Notes: generated from the letters alone by a model not told the origin. DNA of 64,000 nt from an uncultured Chlamydiae bacterium (GCA_963828125.1 CAWHDP010000002.1:512001-576000); one strand, 5' to 3'. Shown: positions 41,553-52,053, counted from the stretch's first letter. Made by a program: numbers and translations.

Positions 41553-42254
41553 TTACTGTGCGCTAGTAAAACAGTGAAACAATACGCTAATGTTATGGGC
41601 CGAATGGATCACCATCGGAGCGATGAGGGTATTCTGTTTCCGCTTCCAAAGGCTAAACACGTAGCCCATAAAGCTAGGTGCGAGGATGTTCTTGAGGTGG
41701 GCGGCGCCAAAAACGAGAGCTTGAATCACATCGATGCAAAAATCGGTCGTCCGTTTTCCAAGCTGGATAAAGGTGTGGCGGTTGAGTAGAAGTCCTATGT
41801 CCTCTAGCCTTTCTATGAAAAAGCCTCTAAATAAGATCTCTTCGGCGACGGGGGCCACGATCGCAGCGAGGGAGATCATCCTCCAAGGGTTGGCCAACAC
41901 GGTTTTTGCAAAGTCAGATGGGGGCATGATGGGGAAAGGGACGCCTAGGCTCCAATAAAAAATGTAGATGATCAGGAATTTTAAGAGGATAAGGGTAGCC
42001 CAAAAGGCGAGCCTTTGTTTATCAAAATCTGTGTTGAACCAGTCATTTTTTTCGGTTCGGAGGTACTTTTCGCTCAGCCAGGTGAGGGCCGAGGTGAAGA
42101 GGGAGATTCCGCAGGCGATCGGCAAGGAAAATCCAAGCTGAAAGACGAAGAGGGCGATCGATGCGAGGGCGACAGCGAGAATTTTTTTATGCTGCGCAGT
42201 GAATGCAAATTGAATACCGGGGATGGGAATTTGATATTGAATTTGTGTGATCAT
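41553..42254 (-). CDS. CPBP (Abi/Rce1-like) intramembrane protease
   Basis: EEILFRG, FGAAH and HSAHN motifs; multiple TM segments. Confidence 0.9.
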   Translation of the reverse strand: MITQIQYQIPIPGIQFAFTAQHKKILAVALASIALFVFQLGFSLPIACGISLFTSALTWLSEKYLRTEKNDWFNTDFDKQRLAFWATLILLKFLIIYIFYWSLGVPFPIMPPSDFAKTVLANPWRMISLAAIVAPVAEEILFRGFFIERLEDIGLLLNRHTFIQLGKRTTDFCIDVIQALVFGAAHLKNILAPSFMGYVFSLWKRKQNTLIAPMVIHSAHNISVLFHCFTSAQ

Positions 42255-42281
42255 GTGGGAAGATTTTAGAGCAGGGCTAAA

Positions 42282-43463
42282 TTAAAATAAACAGACAATC
42301 GCGTCTGGCTCGCCGCCGCTGATTTCAACGGTTCCGTCTTTGAGGACGAGGAGGTCGAATTCGAGCCGGACGCCGAATTCTCCGGGAAGATAGATGCCGG
42401 GTTCAAGCGAAAAGCAGGTAGAGGGCAAAATAGGGCGGGTGTCGTGCATTTCGAGGTTGTCCATGTGGGCGCCGCTGCCGTGGAGTTCAATTTCGATATT
42501 GTGGCCGGTTCTGTGGATAAAATAGATTCCGTACCCGGCTTCGCGGATAACGGAGCGGGCGATCTCGTCCACTTCCCATCCTTCCACCCGTTTTTGAAGG
42601 GCCAATCGTTTCCGGACGAATTCTGCGGCCGTTTTTTGGGCTTTCCGGACGATAGAGAAGATCTCTTGTTGCTTTTGGGTGGGTGTAGCGGCCGCGACGG
42701 CGACGCGGGTGATGTCGCCAAAGATGGCTCGCTCGCCTCTCTCTTTGGCCCAGAGATCGATGAGGATAAAATCCCCTTTCTCGATGGGGCTGGAACTCTC
42801 TTTCTCTGGCGCATAGTGAGGGTCGGCGGTGTGGGCATTGACGGCGACGATCGGCGCGTGGTCTGTGATGAGGTGGCGCTCTTTAAATTCGGCGACGATT
42901 TTTTGCTGCACGTCGTATTCAGAGATCGGGTGGCCTCGCTTCAGATGGTCGCCGATCCAATTCCAAGTCGTTTCGGCGATTTGGTCTAGGGCTTTGGCGG
43001 CCCTTCTTTGAGTCTCGATCTGTTCGTCGCTTAAAACGGCGGTGAAATAAGGTAAAAAATCGGCGGAGCTGACCACTTCGACTCCCAATGAACGGATCAA
43101 ATCGACGGTTCCGGCGTCGACGAGGGAAATGTAGGGGATCGCATTTTTCGGCGAGTATTCCATGGCGGCTTTGTTCACTCTTTGCATGAGTTCGGCGAGC
43201 TCTTTTTCGAGGGATTGCCAAGAGGAGTAGAGTCTCAGTTCGCCAGGGAAGGAGTCGAGGATGTGCGGTTCAATGGCGTGGAGAAGTTTGACGGGTTCTC
43301 CGAAGGCGGGGATCCAATAAAAAAAACGGCGGGTGGTCATTTGCTTGGGGGAAAGGTGGAGGAAATGGCGGGCGAGCTCATTTTTGCCGTGAAAATCGTA
43401 GAGGAGCCAGCCGTCGATCCTTCTGGCCTTTAAATACTTTTGAGCCTCTTCGATCCGCTTCAT
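42282..43463 (-). CDS. M24 family Xaa-Pro aminopeptidase
   Basis: Metal ligand motifs IDLW, GDITR, HRTGH, EPGIY, GVRLE. Confidence 0.93.
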   Translation of the reverse strand: MKRIEEAQKYLKARRIDGWLLYDFHGKNELARHFLHLSPKQMTTRRFFYWIPAFGEPVKLLHAIEPHILDSFPGELRLYSSWQSLEKELAELMQRVNKAAMEYSPKNAIPYISLVDAGTVDLIRSLGVEVVSSADFLPYFTAVLSDEQIETQRRAAKALDQIAETTWNWIGDHLKRGHPISEYDVQQKIVAEFKERHLITDHAPIVAVNAHTADPHYAPEKESSSPIEKGDFILIDLWAKERGERAIFGDITRVAVAAATPTQKQQEIFSIVRKAQKTAAEFVRKRLALQKRVEGWEVDEIARSVIREAGYGIYFIHRTGHNIEIELHGSGAHMDNLEMHDTRPILPSTCFSLEPGIYLPGEFGVRLEFDLLVLKDGTVEISGGEPDAIVCLF

Positions 43464-45160
43464 CGGTTGACGCTCTGTATCAGGGCGGCGGCGGCGGCGA
43501 CGCGCAAAATGGGGAACGGTTCTCTGAGGACGCCTACGAGAAAACTGTACGATTGGGCATTGCCGATTTTGCCAAGCGCTTCGAGGATGTGGAGTTTTTT
43601 CTCATGGTCGGCTCCTCCGTAGGCTCCTTGTAGATCCCTCAGCACCGATTCGTCTTTGCCGAACATGGCAAGGACAAGACAGGCCTGGAGTCGGACGTTG
43701 GGGTCGGGGTCGTTCAAGAGCTGCTTGACGACTTCGAGAGCCGATTCGTCCCCTTCATGGAGGAGAGTGGCTGCAGCAACGCCGGAGACGCCCCAATTTT
43801 TTCTTTGTAAAAACGATTTTAGGGCAAAAAGCGCTCTAGGGTCTTCGACGAGGGCAAGGAGCGAGACGAGATTGAGGCGGGTCATCTGATCTTGGGCTTC
43901 CGGGTAGTTGGGGATCTGGTCGTTATGGCGGACTTGGCTCGGGGCCAAGATGTCGAAGAGCGGATTCGGGCGCTTGTCGATCATCCACATCCGTTTTTCG
44001 GTCTCGAGGAAGCGGTAGATGAGATCGCAGCAGGCTTGCACTTCGACTCTTTGGCCGAGCAGGCCAAGGGCGATATTGGCCTGCACGTAGGGGTCAAAGC
44101 TCTCTTTCATGGTTTTGACGGCGAGATTCACCCCTCGGCTGCCGACAGCAGCCAAGGCGGCAGAGGCGAGGCGCCGGTTTTCAGGAAGGGAATCAGAGAG
44201 CCATTTTTCCATGTATTTTTCGCCGAGGGGCGAGTGGATGACAAAGGCGGCCCAGCTCGCGGTGATGGCGACAGCTGGATCGGGGTCGCTGAGGGCGCTC
44301 AGGAGATCTTCTTCTTGGCCTTGATAAAAAAGGCCGAACGCATTGAGGGCGGCGATCCGAACGGAAGGGTGGCTATCTTGAATGAGCCGGATGATCTCTT
44401 CTTTCGCCTCGTCCATCTGGAAGTGGGCGGCGATCGAGCAGGCTAAATGGCGCAAGCCGGCTCTGTTGCTGCGGGCGAGGGTTTTGAATTCGGGGAGCGA
44501 GATCTTCTCGTAGATTTCCAAGAGCGAGGCGATCGCGACTTGCCGCTCTTCGATCGTGGTTTTTTCCGATTGGACAAGCCCTTGCAAAAAGGGGGCTTGC
44601 TCTTTCATTTTGAGGAGGCCTGCGGCTTTAATGACTTCGAGCCGGACCATCCAGACTCTCTCTTCTTTCAGCAGCCGGGTGATTTCGTCTTTCAATGGTG
44701 CGTCTCGAAAGGCGGTAGAGAGTTGCACAGCCACTGAGCGGATGATCGCATTGGAATCGCGCATCATCTTGAGCAAAATGGGGACGGCGCGGGTATCGCG
44801 GGTTAAAAAGGCGCCGATGGCGGCGGAGAGCCTGACTCCGTATTGGGTGGAACGGGTCCCTTTCTTCAAGACGCCCCACGCAAGTTCTTCTAAAAGATGT
44901 CGGTCGTAGAGCAAATCGGGTCGCTGTTGCGTCGAACGGTTCCAGAGATCGAGCGCCTGTTCTTCGAGGCCGCCTGCGGCCAACGCTTCGATCAAGGTTT
45001 TCTCTACGGGGAGCGAATCGGGGTAATGGGCCGCCAAGCTTTGAGCCTCAGAGAGGGCCGAGCCGGGGTCATCGATCAATAAATGGGCCTGCACTCTTCG
45101 GATCCCCTCCTCCTCAGACAATGGAGAGGCGAAAAGAGCGACCGCCAAAAGCCACAACAT
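43460..45160 (-). CDS. HEAT-repeat protein with putative signal peptide
   Basis: Repeated L.D.[DH]P.VR..A..AL units; hydrophobic N-terminus. Confidence 0.88.
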   Translation of the reverse strand: MLWLLAVALFASPLSEEEGIRRVQAHLLIDDPGSALSEAQSLAAHYPDSLPVEKTLIEALAAGGLEEQALDLWNRSTQQRPDLLYDRHLLEELAWGVLKKGTRSTQYGVRLSAAIGAFLTRDTRAVPILLKMMRDSNAIIRSVAVQLSTAFRDAPLKDEITRLLKEERVWMVRLEVIKAAGLLKMKEQAPFLQGLVQSEKTTIEERQVAIASLLEIYEKISLPEFKTLARSNRAGLRHLACSIAAHFQMDEAKEEIIRLIQDSHPSVRIAALNAFGLFYQGQEEDLLSALSDPDPAVAITASWAAFVIHSPLGEKYMEKWLSDSLPENRRLASAALAAVGSRGVNLAVKTMKESFDPYVQANIALGLLGQRVEVQACCDLIYRFLETEKRMWMIDKRPNPLFDILAPSQVRHNDQIPNYPEAQDQMTRLNLVSLLALVEDPRALFALKSFLQRKNWGVSGVAAATLLHEGDESALEVVKQLLNDPDPNVRLQACLVLAMFGKDESVLRDLQGAYGGADHEKKLHILEALGKIGNAQSYSFLVGVLREPFPILRVAAAAALIQSVNR

Positions 45161-45193
45161 CGGTTCCCTTTGTTTTTCTTCTCTCTTAACCGA

Positions 45194-45529
45194 TCAGGCC
45201 ATTTTTCCCAAGACCCTCCCCCCGATCAGGTGGAAATGGAGGTGGAAAATCGTCTGGCCCGCGCCCGCGCCGTTGTTGGTCAAGAACCTATAGTTATCTC
45301 CGATCCCCCGTTCTTCAGCGATCTCCTGAGCCACCCGGACGATTTCTCCGAGGAGGGGATAATCGTGTGGCTCCATCGCCTGGAGATTGGAGATCTCCTT
45401 CTTCGGCATGATCAAAATGTGAACTGGCGCCTCTGGATGGATATCTTCAATGGCGAGGATCCGCTCGTTTTCAAACACGATTTTCGCGGGGAGTTTTTTC
45501 TGGATAATCAACCCAAATACCGTACTCAT
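45194..45529 (-). CDS. HIT family nucleotide hydrolase (HinT-like)
   Basis: FHLHFHLIGG histidine triad; DIHPEAPVHILIMP. Confidence 0.95.
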   Translation of the reverse strand: MSTVFGLIIQKKLPAKIVFENERILAIEDIHPEAPVHILIMPKKEISNLQAMEPHDYPLLGEIVRVAQEIAEERGIGDNYRFLTNNGAGAGQTIFHLHFHLIGGRVLGKMA

Positions 45530-46392
45530 GCATGCCTCAATGCGATATGAAGCGCTTTTAGGGCGTCTTCTTTGGTTTCCCAGATCGAGATGAAGCGTCC
45601 TTTATGGCAAAAGATAGCGCCTGGAATACCCGACACTTTTTTCAGATCTGCTTGATGCAATCCGGCCCACGCTTCGGGCAATGGTTTTCGGATCTTCATC
45701 CGTTCGGCAAGGCTCGGGGGAATGCCTCTCAGCTTCCAGTGGCCGCCGGAGGGCATAATGACGAACTGAGCGGGATGGATCTCCCCGCCTAGATCGAAAA
45801 AATTCTCCAGCCACGGCAAGGATTCTTCGAAGAGGAGCGAATCATTTCCCTCGACCATTGCTTTTTTCACAGCTTCGCGGCAGTTCATCGTATATAAATA
45901 TCTCTGTTTCAGTCTGTCCAAATGGCCGATCGCAAAATCGACCGCGGTGAAAAAGGCCTGATCCATCGCCTCGCTGCTCGCATCGTATTCAATCGGCATA
46001 AAATTGGAAATCACCTGGGAAAACGAGGTGACCCCCTGCTCTAATTTAGCGACGCCATTATCGTGAGCGTCGACTCCCATGACGAGCGATTTATTGAAAT
46101 AGTCGTACAAGTGGGGTTCGATGAATCTTTGTTCCTTTAAATAGAGGAGAACCATCCCTGCGCTGCTCATCGTCCCTTGGTATTCGGCCTGGTGGTGATC
46201 AAAGCGCCTCGCGGCAGGGTCGTATTTACCTCCGACATCGCAGACAAAAGCGCAACGGCCCAAGACTTTCATATCGCGCGTCCGGCGGATTTGATTCCGA
46301 TCGATCAGACCGAAGAGGAGCAAGAGCGAGCAAGCCGTCACCTCGTCTGCGTGAAAAGATCCGTCGTGAGTCCCTAAACTGCGCTGTTCCAT
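45526..46392 (-). CDS. MYG1 (UPF0160) family DHH-fold hydrolase
   Basis: GTHDGSFHADE, DVGG, FDHHQ, SSAG, FCHKGRFI. Confidence 0.93.
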   Translation of the reverse strand: MEQRSLGTHDGSFHADEVTACSLLLLFGLIDRNQIRRTRDMKVLGRCAFVCDVGGKYDPAARRFDHHQAEYQGTMSSAGMVLLYLKEQRFIEPHLYDYFNKSLVMGVDAHDNGVAKLEQGVTSFSQVISNFMPIEYDASSEAMDQAFFTAVDFAIGHLDRLKQRYLYTMNCREAVKKAMVEGNDSLLFEESLPWLENFFDLGGEIHPAQFVIMPSGGHWKLRGIPPSLAERMKIRKPLPEAWAGLHQADLKKVSGIPGAIFCHKGRFISIWETKEDALKALHIALRHA

Positions 46393-46437
46393 TTTTACCT
46401 CGACCCAGTATACTAGATTCTAAAGCGAGATACAACT

Positions 46438-46899
46438 ATGAAGCTTACAAGCCCTGCTTTCCACGAGGGGGGGATTATTCCTTCCCTTTACACATGTGAG
46501 GGGAAAAATATTTCTCCAACGCTCGATATTTCGGGCGTAGCGCCCCAGGCGAAGAGCCTTGTGCTGATCATGGACGATCCCGATGTGCCGAAGACGCTTC
46601 GCGCCGATGGGATGTACGATCATTGGGTGGTTTTTAACATACCGCCCGGCACCCGGCAAATAAGCGAGCGGGCGGCGCCGCCAGGCATTCAAGGGAAGAA
46701 CACCGGCGGTAAAAACCAATATACCGGTCCCTGTCCTCCCGATCGGGAGCACCGCTATTTTTTCAAACTATATGCGATGGACATTCTTCTCGATTTGCCT
46801 CAGGGAGCTACGAAAAAAGAGGTTGAAAAAGCGATGCACGGGCATATTGTAGGCCAGTGCCAGCTGATGGGCCGGTATGAGAAAGGGAAAGGGTACTGA
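46438..46899 (+). CDS. YbhB/YbcL family (PEBP/RKIP-like) protein
   Basis: DPD, HWVVFNI, YTGPCPP, HRYFFKLYA. Confidence 0.94.
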   Translation: MKLTSPAFHEGGIIPSLYTCEGKNISPTLDISGVAPQAKSLVLIMDDPDVPKTLRADGMYDHWVVFNIPPGTRQISERAAPPGIQGKNTGGKNQYTGPCPPDREHRYFFKLYAMDILLDLPQGATKKEVEKAMHGHIVGQCQLMGRYEKGKGY

Positions 46900-46902
46900 C
46901 GT

Positions 46903-49050
46903 TTGGAAAGTTATTTAACTCCTCAGCACTACGATCTGGTGACGCCCGACGGGCGGATTACTGAGCTGCGCCGCATGAATGAAAAAAGAGCGATTGCCAC
47001 CGTTCAGATCGAGGAGATCTCTCCCGCTTTTGTCGGTTATGAAATTGAGCCGGAGCTCGTCGTTTTCAACCTGAAGAGCACCCTTGCTCAACTGGGGCTA
47101 AACGGCATAGGGAGCGACTTCTATTTTGAGAGGAGCAAGCATACCGCCCAGCTGAAAGTAGAACTGGTTGGCATTGGATATCTTGGCATAGCGATGTTAG
47201 GTCTGCTTACGGTGGGCGCCTACATCGGCAAGATCTTTGCCGCTGACGAGCGGAGGCGCGTCCGAGACCCTGACTATCTCATGCGGATGTTTGGGAGAGC
47301 GGATCGGAAAGGCCGTCCCCTCCTCTCGTTGGGGGGACTTGAGGGGAGCGGCGCCTTGATCCTTGAAAAGCTCGACGGGAGAACTATCGCCTATATTTCT
47401 CTTCTTGACGGGGTTCTCACCTATGACACCCAAGTGTATGGTTTTCTCCCTACGCTGGCGAGAGCTCTTGAGAAAAACATGCCTCATACCCGCCAGCTCC
47501 TCCACCTCAATCAGCATTGGCAGCCTGGCGTCCCCCGCATCATCAATCCGCAGGAGGTTCTTCTTGTCAGAACCGCCCCCCTTCACATCCGGACCGTATA
47601 TGCGCACGTCGTGAGCCCGCTCCTTCCCCAAGGGATCCGCCACACCACCGCCGATTTTCTTCAACCCGACACGAGCGCCTCTGGGGACATTTATGAGCTT
47701 TATGGCAACAGCAATCAGATAATCGACGACATTCCCCTTGAGTTTTTTACCCTTGAGCCCCACCGCGAGCACGTTTTTTTTGCCGACCGAGACCAACTCA
47801 TTGCCGCCCTGGACGATTCAAGGAGTCTTTTTGAAGCCTTTGCAACCGCCCCTGAGCCAAAGAACCACCTCGCCTCTGTCTTTGTCGTGAAGGGGACCCA
47901 GATGAGGAATTTGCGAGCGAAAGATTGGATTCTGCGCGAGCCCAATAAGCACGAATTTCCGGGGCTATCGCACCCCGCTCGGCAAGCCCAAATCGTTGAA
48001 AAGTATTTAGAGCACCAACCCTCGTTTCCTTTTCTCAAAGCCATTGAAGACGGGCTGATTACCTCGCAAGGGATTCTCCTCGTCCGCCACTTTCCCACCC
48101 CCCTTCTCAAGCGGATGCTTCTCAACGACCTTGTTCAGAGGTGCCTGAAGCGCATTTATTTTAAGATCCCCTCCTGTTCCCACAACGGTTTTTTTTCGCA
48201 TGAAGACAGAGCCATGCTCGTCGATCTTGCGAAATTTGGCATTCCCGTGTTTTGGGTGGACGATCTCTCTGGGAAGATACTCCAATACGTCCTGAAACCC
48301 GAGAAAGAGGCGGGCCTTTTTGTGCCCACTGGCCTGGTCGAAACATTTCGGAAAGCGACTTTTTTTGGCGTATATGGATCGAACCTACAAGAAGGGACCT
48401 TTGAGAAGGAGCTCCGCGCCCTTTTGGAAGGGGTTCTCGCCCTGCGGCAAACGGTGAACCATCCCCTTCTTTCTAAGGACACTCCCCTTGCCCTTCTTAC
48501 GGGAGGCGGCCCTGGCGCGATGGAAGTTGGAAACCGTGTTGCCAAATCTGTTGGGATCCTCTCTTGCGCCAACATTGTTGATTTTCGCTCGAATGACAAA
48601 ACCGTCGTTAACGAGCAGAAGCAGAACCCCTATATTGATGCTAAGATGACCTATCGACTGGATCGGCTTGTTGAGCGGCAAGCTGAGTTTTATCTTGACA
48701 TTGGCATTTTTCTTCCCGGCGGCATTGGGATGGACTTTGAGTATACCCTGGAGGAAGTGCGCCGCAAGACGGGGAGCAGCCCCGCAAATCCGATCCTTCT
48801 CTTTGGAGAGCCCGATTATTGGCGCCGCAAAGTGACCTCGCGATTTCAGCTCAACCGCGAGACAGGGACCACGAAAGGATCTGAGTGGGTGAGCAACTGT
48901 TTTTATTGCATCCAGACAGCCGAGCAGGGGTTATGGGTGCTGCGCCATTTTTTTGAGAATAAGCTGAACATTGGCAAAGAAGGACCCATTTATGACGATG
49001 GATTTTGCATAGTGAAGAAGGCGTCGACGACCTATACACAAAGAACCTGA
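46903..49050 (+). CDS. Conserved chlamydial-type protein with C-terminal LOG/SLOG-like domain
   Basis: TGGGPGAME and LPGGIGMDFE resemble LOG-family motifs; TTG start right after the upstream stop. Confidence 0.8.
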   Translation: MESYLTPQHYDLVTPDGRITELRRMNEKRAIATVQIEEISPAFVGYEIEPELVVFNLKSTLAQLGLNGIGSDFYFERSKHTAQLKVELVGIGYLGIAMLGLLTVGAYIGKIFAADERRRVRDPDYLMRMFGRADRKGRPLLSLGGLEGSGALILEKLDGRTIAYISLLDGVLTYDTQVYGFLPTLARALEKNMPHTRQLLHLNQHWQPGVPRIINPQEVLLVRTAPLHIRTVYAHVVSPLLPQGIRHTTADFLQPDTSASGDIYELYGNSNQIIDDIPLEFFTLEPHREHVFFADRDQLIAALDDSRSLFEAFATAPEPKNHLASVFVVKGTQMRNLRAKDWILREPNKHEFPGLSHPARQAQIVEKYLEHQPSFPFLKAIEDGLITSQGILLVRHFPTPLLKRMLLNDLVQRCLKRIYFKIPSCSHNGFFSHEDRAMLVDLAKFGIPVFWVDDLSGKILQYVLKPEKEAGLFVPTGLVETFRKATFFGVYGSNLQEGTFEKELRALLEGVLALRQTVNHPLLSKDTPLALLTGGGPGAMEVGNRVAKSVGILSCANIVDFRSNDKTVVNEQKQNPYIDAKMTYRLDRLVERQAEFYLDIGIFLPGGIGMDFEYTLEEVRRKTGSSPANPILLFGEPDYWRRKVTSRFQLNRETGTTKGSEWVSNCFYCIQTAEQGLWVLRHFFENKLNIGKEGPIYDDGFCIVKKASTTYTQRT

Positions 49051-49232
49051 AGAATCGGGAGTTTGGCAAGGAGGCTCCTGAGAATGCTTGTCGGGAACGA
49101 GCGACCCTTGCCGGTAGGCAAGGCGCGAGGGAAGACAGGAACTTTGAGGTAAAGCCGAGTGTATTCTGTCAAACTAATCCTGTAGACGCCCTCGAGTCCG
49201 CATGTCTCACACAGACACGAGAAATGCGGGCT
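49033..49232. repeat. Nested palindromic intergenic element plus a second hairpin
   Basis: AGTTTGGCA(49060-68)/TGTCAAACT(49167-75) enclosing CTTGTC/GACAGG and CCTTGCC-GGTA-GGCAAGG; second stem 49195-49232. Confidence 0.6.
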
Positions 49233-50415
49233 AGAATCCGTAATTGATGTTGTATTCGAAGTAGTGAGTGCGTTTTTTTGCGAATTGTCCCTCTAGGGAA
49301 TAGCCGTGGTGATAGCCGATATAGGCTCGGAATTTACGACCGATCCCCTGGAGCTTGCTAAATTCGTAGCCCGCCCGGTAGGTTCCATCGAAATTGTAGT
49401 CCAGCTGTTCTAAATTTCTCCAGAGTAGGGCGATGAAACACGTTCCATAGAGCCGCTGTTTTAGGAATTTACTCCCCAAGAAACGGGCCTCTGTTCCGTA
49501 TTCGATATAAATCGGCTTCCATTTAAATGTTGGGTCGCTATGGACATAGACCCCTGGGCCGACATACAATCTGATCGCCTCGCTAGCCTGATAGGATGCG
49601 AAGAAATCGACCGCTTCGATGCTTGGATTCAGCCGCTTCACCGTTGGGTGATCGATCATATATTCATCTCCCAAGTGGCCCGAGATATGGTAACCTCTGA
49701 GCCGAAAGGACCAAGGGCCCACTGCGTAGCTAATTGGGATGCCCACGTAGAAGTCTGTGTTGATCAATTCCGCTGAACCGTGCGCGTAATTTGGGTGAGG
49801 ATCCATATTGAAGACCGACCAGATTCCCGCCTCAATTCCGACTTGTAAATCGCCCCCCCAGAAGAGTTCCAGCCATCGGTAAATTGGGAAGTCATCGCCC
49901 AGGGAGACGCCGATACATTTATTGCCGCAGACCCGATCACCGCTGCGCCAACCGATGCTATAAGTGGCGGCTCTAGGATCAGCGATAAGAGGCAAGAACA
50001 ATTCAGTCATTTGAGGGAACCAGATCCCGCTGATTTTAGGGCGTTCCACATATTTTTCTCGGAGCTGTTCATCGGACGGCGGAACCCCGTCGAGTACATG
50101 TACCTCGATGACGCCGGGCACATCTTTGACGAAGGAGACGATACTGTTGGAGAGGAGTTTATTATTGGGCATATTAGCGAGCCACACCTTGTGATTTTTG
50201 ACCAAAACGATCACCCGGTATTCGGCGTAGTGCATATCGACGAGGGCCTGGATATAGCCCTCGAAGTAAGGATCGGAAGCTCCTTGAATTTCTTCAGGGA
50301 TGCTATCTTTTCTCGACAAGACGGCGGCGACGTTGGCCGCCGTCTCATCTCCCGCCGACAGAAAGACACTCCAAGACAAGAAAAGAGCCAAGGCCTTCGA
50401 TTGAATCGTTCGCAT
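49231..50415 (-). CDS. DUF1207-like exported/outer-membrane protein
   Basis: Signal-peptide-like N-terminus, FLPLIADPR, INTDFYVG, HISGHLGDE, terminal aromatic YGF. Confidence 0.8.
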   Translation of the reverse strand: MRTIQSKALALFLSWSVFLSAGDETAANVAAVLSRKDSIPEEIQGASDPYFEGYIQALVDMHYAEYRVIVLVKNHKVWLANMPNNKLLSNSIVSFVKDVPGVIEVHVLDGVPPSDEQLREKYVERPKISGIWFPQMTELFLPLIADPRAATYSIGWRSGDRVCGNKCIGVSLGDDFPIYRWLELFWGGDLQVGIEAGIWSVFNMDPHPNYAHGSAELINTDFYVGIPISYAVGPWSFRLRGYHISGHLGDEYMIDHPTVKRLNPSIEAVDFFASYQASEAIRLYVGPGVYVHSDPTFKWKPIYIEYGTEARFLGSKFLKQRLYGTCFIALLWRNLEQLDYNFDGTYRAGYEFSKLQGIGRKFRAYIGYHHGYSLEGQFAKKRTHYFEYNINYGF

Positions 50416-50542
50416 AGATACAAGATCCTGTTGAGGGAGTTGCAACACTCCATTGGGCATAAATTCGCGCCGCGCAGCGAGTTTTGCAAGGCCCTCTGTT
50501 GATTTCTATATACACACTGAGCGTTTATCGACCAAGAAAAAC

Positions 50543-51748
50543 TCAAGAAGTCGCCTTGACAAAGCGGCTTTGGAGCATTTTGATGCCGCTATAAAAGCAG
50601 AGGGAGCCCCCTATGATGAGTGTTTGTAGAGGACCCAGGGCGACGGTGAGCCACCCTCCGAAAGGAGGTGCGACTGCCCCTCGGAGACCCGCCATGACCA
50701 TGTTGACTCCGGTGAAGCGGGAACTCTCATCCTTCCCTGCGAAAATGGGTCCCGACATATTCCAGACCAGATGGCTTCCTCCCTGCCCGATTCCGTAGCA
50801 AAAGTAGGCTATATATAACCAAGCCACGCTCCACACCGAGAAGCTCAGCAATAGAGTAAAAAGCCCGATCATCAAGAAGACCAAACTCGCCATTTTAAAG
50901 ACGCTCACTTTTTGGATCCAGCGGGACCACAGCGGAGATGACAGAGCAAAGCCAAGTCCCTTAGCGATGGAGACAGCCGCGGCCATCTCCAGATAGGAGA
51001 CGCCTAGGACGTCGACTGCAAATAGGGGGATCGCCGGTTGAATCAGCATCAAGCCGAAACCGCTGACCATGAAGCCCCATTGAAATTTTGAGAAATCGGC
51101 CCTTTCTTTCATTAACCGATAGCTATCCCTCCAGGGCCTGAGCAGAAGCTCCTTCACCGAGAGCCGCTCTGGAGGGCTATTTTCGCCTTCCACCACGATG
51201 CGGGACTGCACTGCGAGAGAGAGGAGCCCTACGACCGCCGCTCCAAAGAACAGTATTTTCCATGATCCCGGATCTTTATCGAGCAGCCCTCCGCAAGCGA
51301 GCGCTAAGCCCACGCCCTCCACGTAGCCCATGGCCGAACTGAGGGAGAAGATCCGATGCCGCTTTTCTTCGGTTAAATTGCGCTTGATGATTTCGAGCCA
51401 GGCCGGAATCCCCGCTCTATAGAAAAACATATAGTTGACAGCAGCTCCGATGAGAAACCAGACCGAATCGACCCAAGGACAGAGGAGGAATGGAGCCCGC
51501 ATGAGGAAGCCCGCCCAAAGGACGTTGGACTTGAGTTTTTGGGTCCGGCCCTTTAACCCGGCACTCCAATAAAATGAGAGGATGGTAATGATTGGCTTCA
51601 AGGAGGTCAGAAGGGCGATTTGGAACGGGGAAGCGCCGAGATCCTTGTAAAGGATGAAGACGAGGAAAGAATAGAGGGTAAAAAGGGGCTCCGTGAGGAG
51701 GTTGGTCCAAATGAGAACCCAACTGATCGTCATGGGCGATTGGGGCAT
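50543..51748 (-). CDS. MFS transporter
   Basis: Two bundles of hydrophobic helices with a central hydrophilic loop; start uncertain. Confidence 0.85.
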   Translation of the reverse strand: MPQSPMTISWVLIWTNLLTEPLFTLYSFLVFILYKDLGASPFQIALLTSLKPIITILSFYWSAGLKGRTQKLKSNVLWAGFLMRAPFLLCPWVDSVWFLIGAAVNYMFFYRAGIPAWLEIIKRNLTEEKRHRIFSLSSAMGYVEGVGLALACGGLLDKDPGSWKILFFGAAVVGLLSLAVQSRIVVEGENSPPERLSVKELLLRPWRDSYRLMKERADFSKFQWGFMVSGFGLMLIQPAIPLFAVDVLGVSYLEMAAAVSIAKGLGFALSSPLWSRWIQKVSVFKMASLVFLMIGLFTLLLSFSVWSVAWLYIAYFCYGIGQGGSHLVWNMSGPIFAGKDESSRFTGVNMVMAGLRGAVAPPFGGWLTVALGPLQTLIIGGSLCFYSGIKMLQSRFVKATS

Positions 51749-51979
51749 ACGACCGTCGGTTCCCAGAGCTTTAACACAGTCCAAATTCCAAGGTTTTGGC
51801 CGGTTACTGTATCCTTGGCGTTGTTTAGATGGATCACTCATGCGAGGAGTATGATAACGGGTGCGAACCATTCTCTGCTATGTATTAAAAAATTGACAAC
51901 AAAATCCTAGAAGTGATCAGTTTCTGATTGCCAAAAGAGGAAAGATTACGTTAAACTTTTATTCTACCATGCCACGCGT

Positions 51980-52053
<74 letters not shown>

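Noticed and set aside
41553..42254. Functional link between the CPBP protease and the CaaX-bearing RING protein
   Set aside because: They are 31 kb apart, bacterial CPBP proteins are widespread, and CaaX processing would be done by host enzymes.
49005..49247. 80-aa plus-strand ORF
   Set aside because: Open frame through the palindromic element, overlapping both neighbours; no independent support as a gene.
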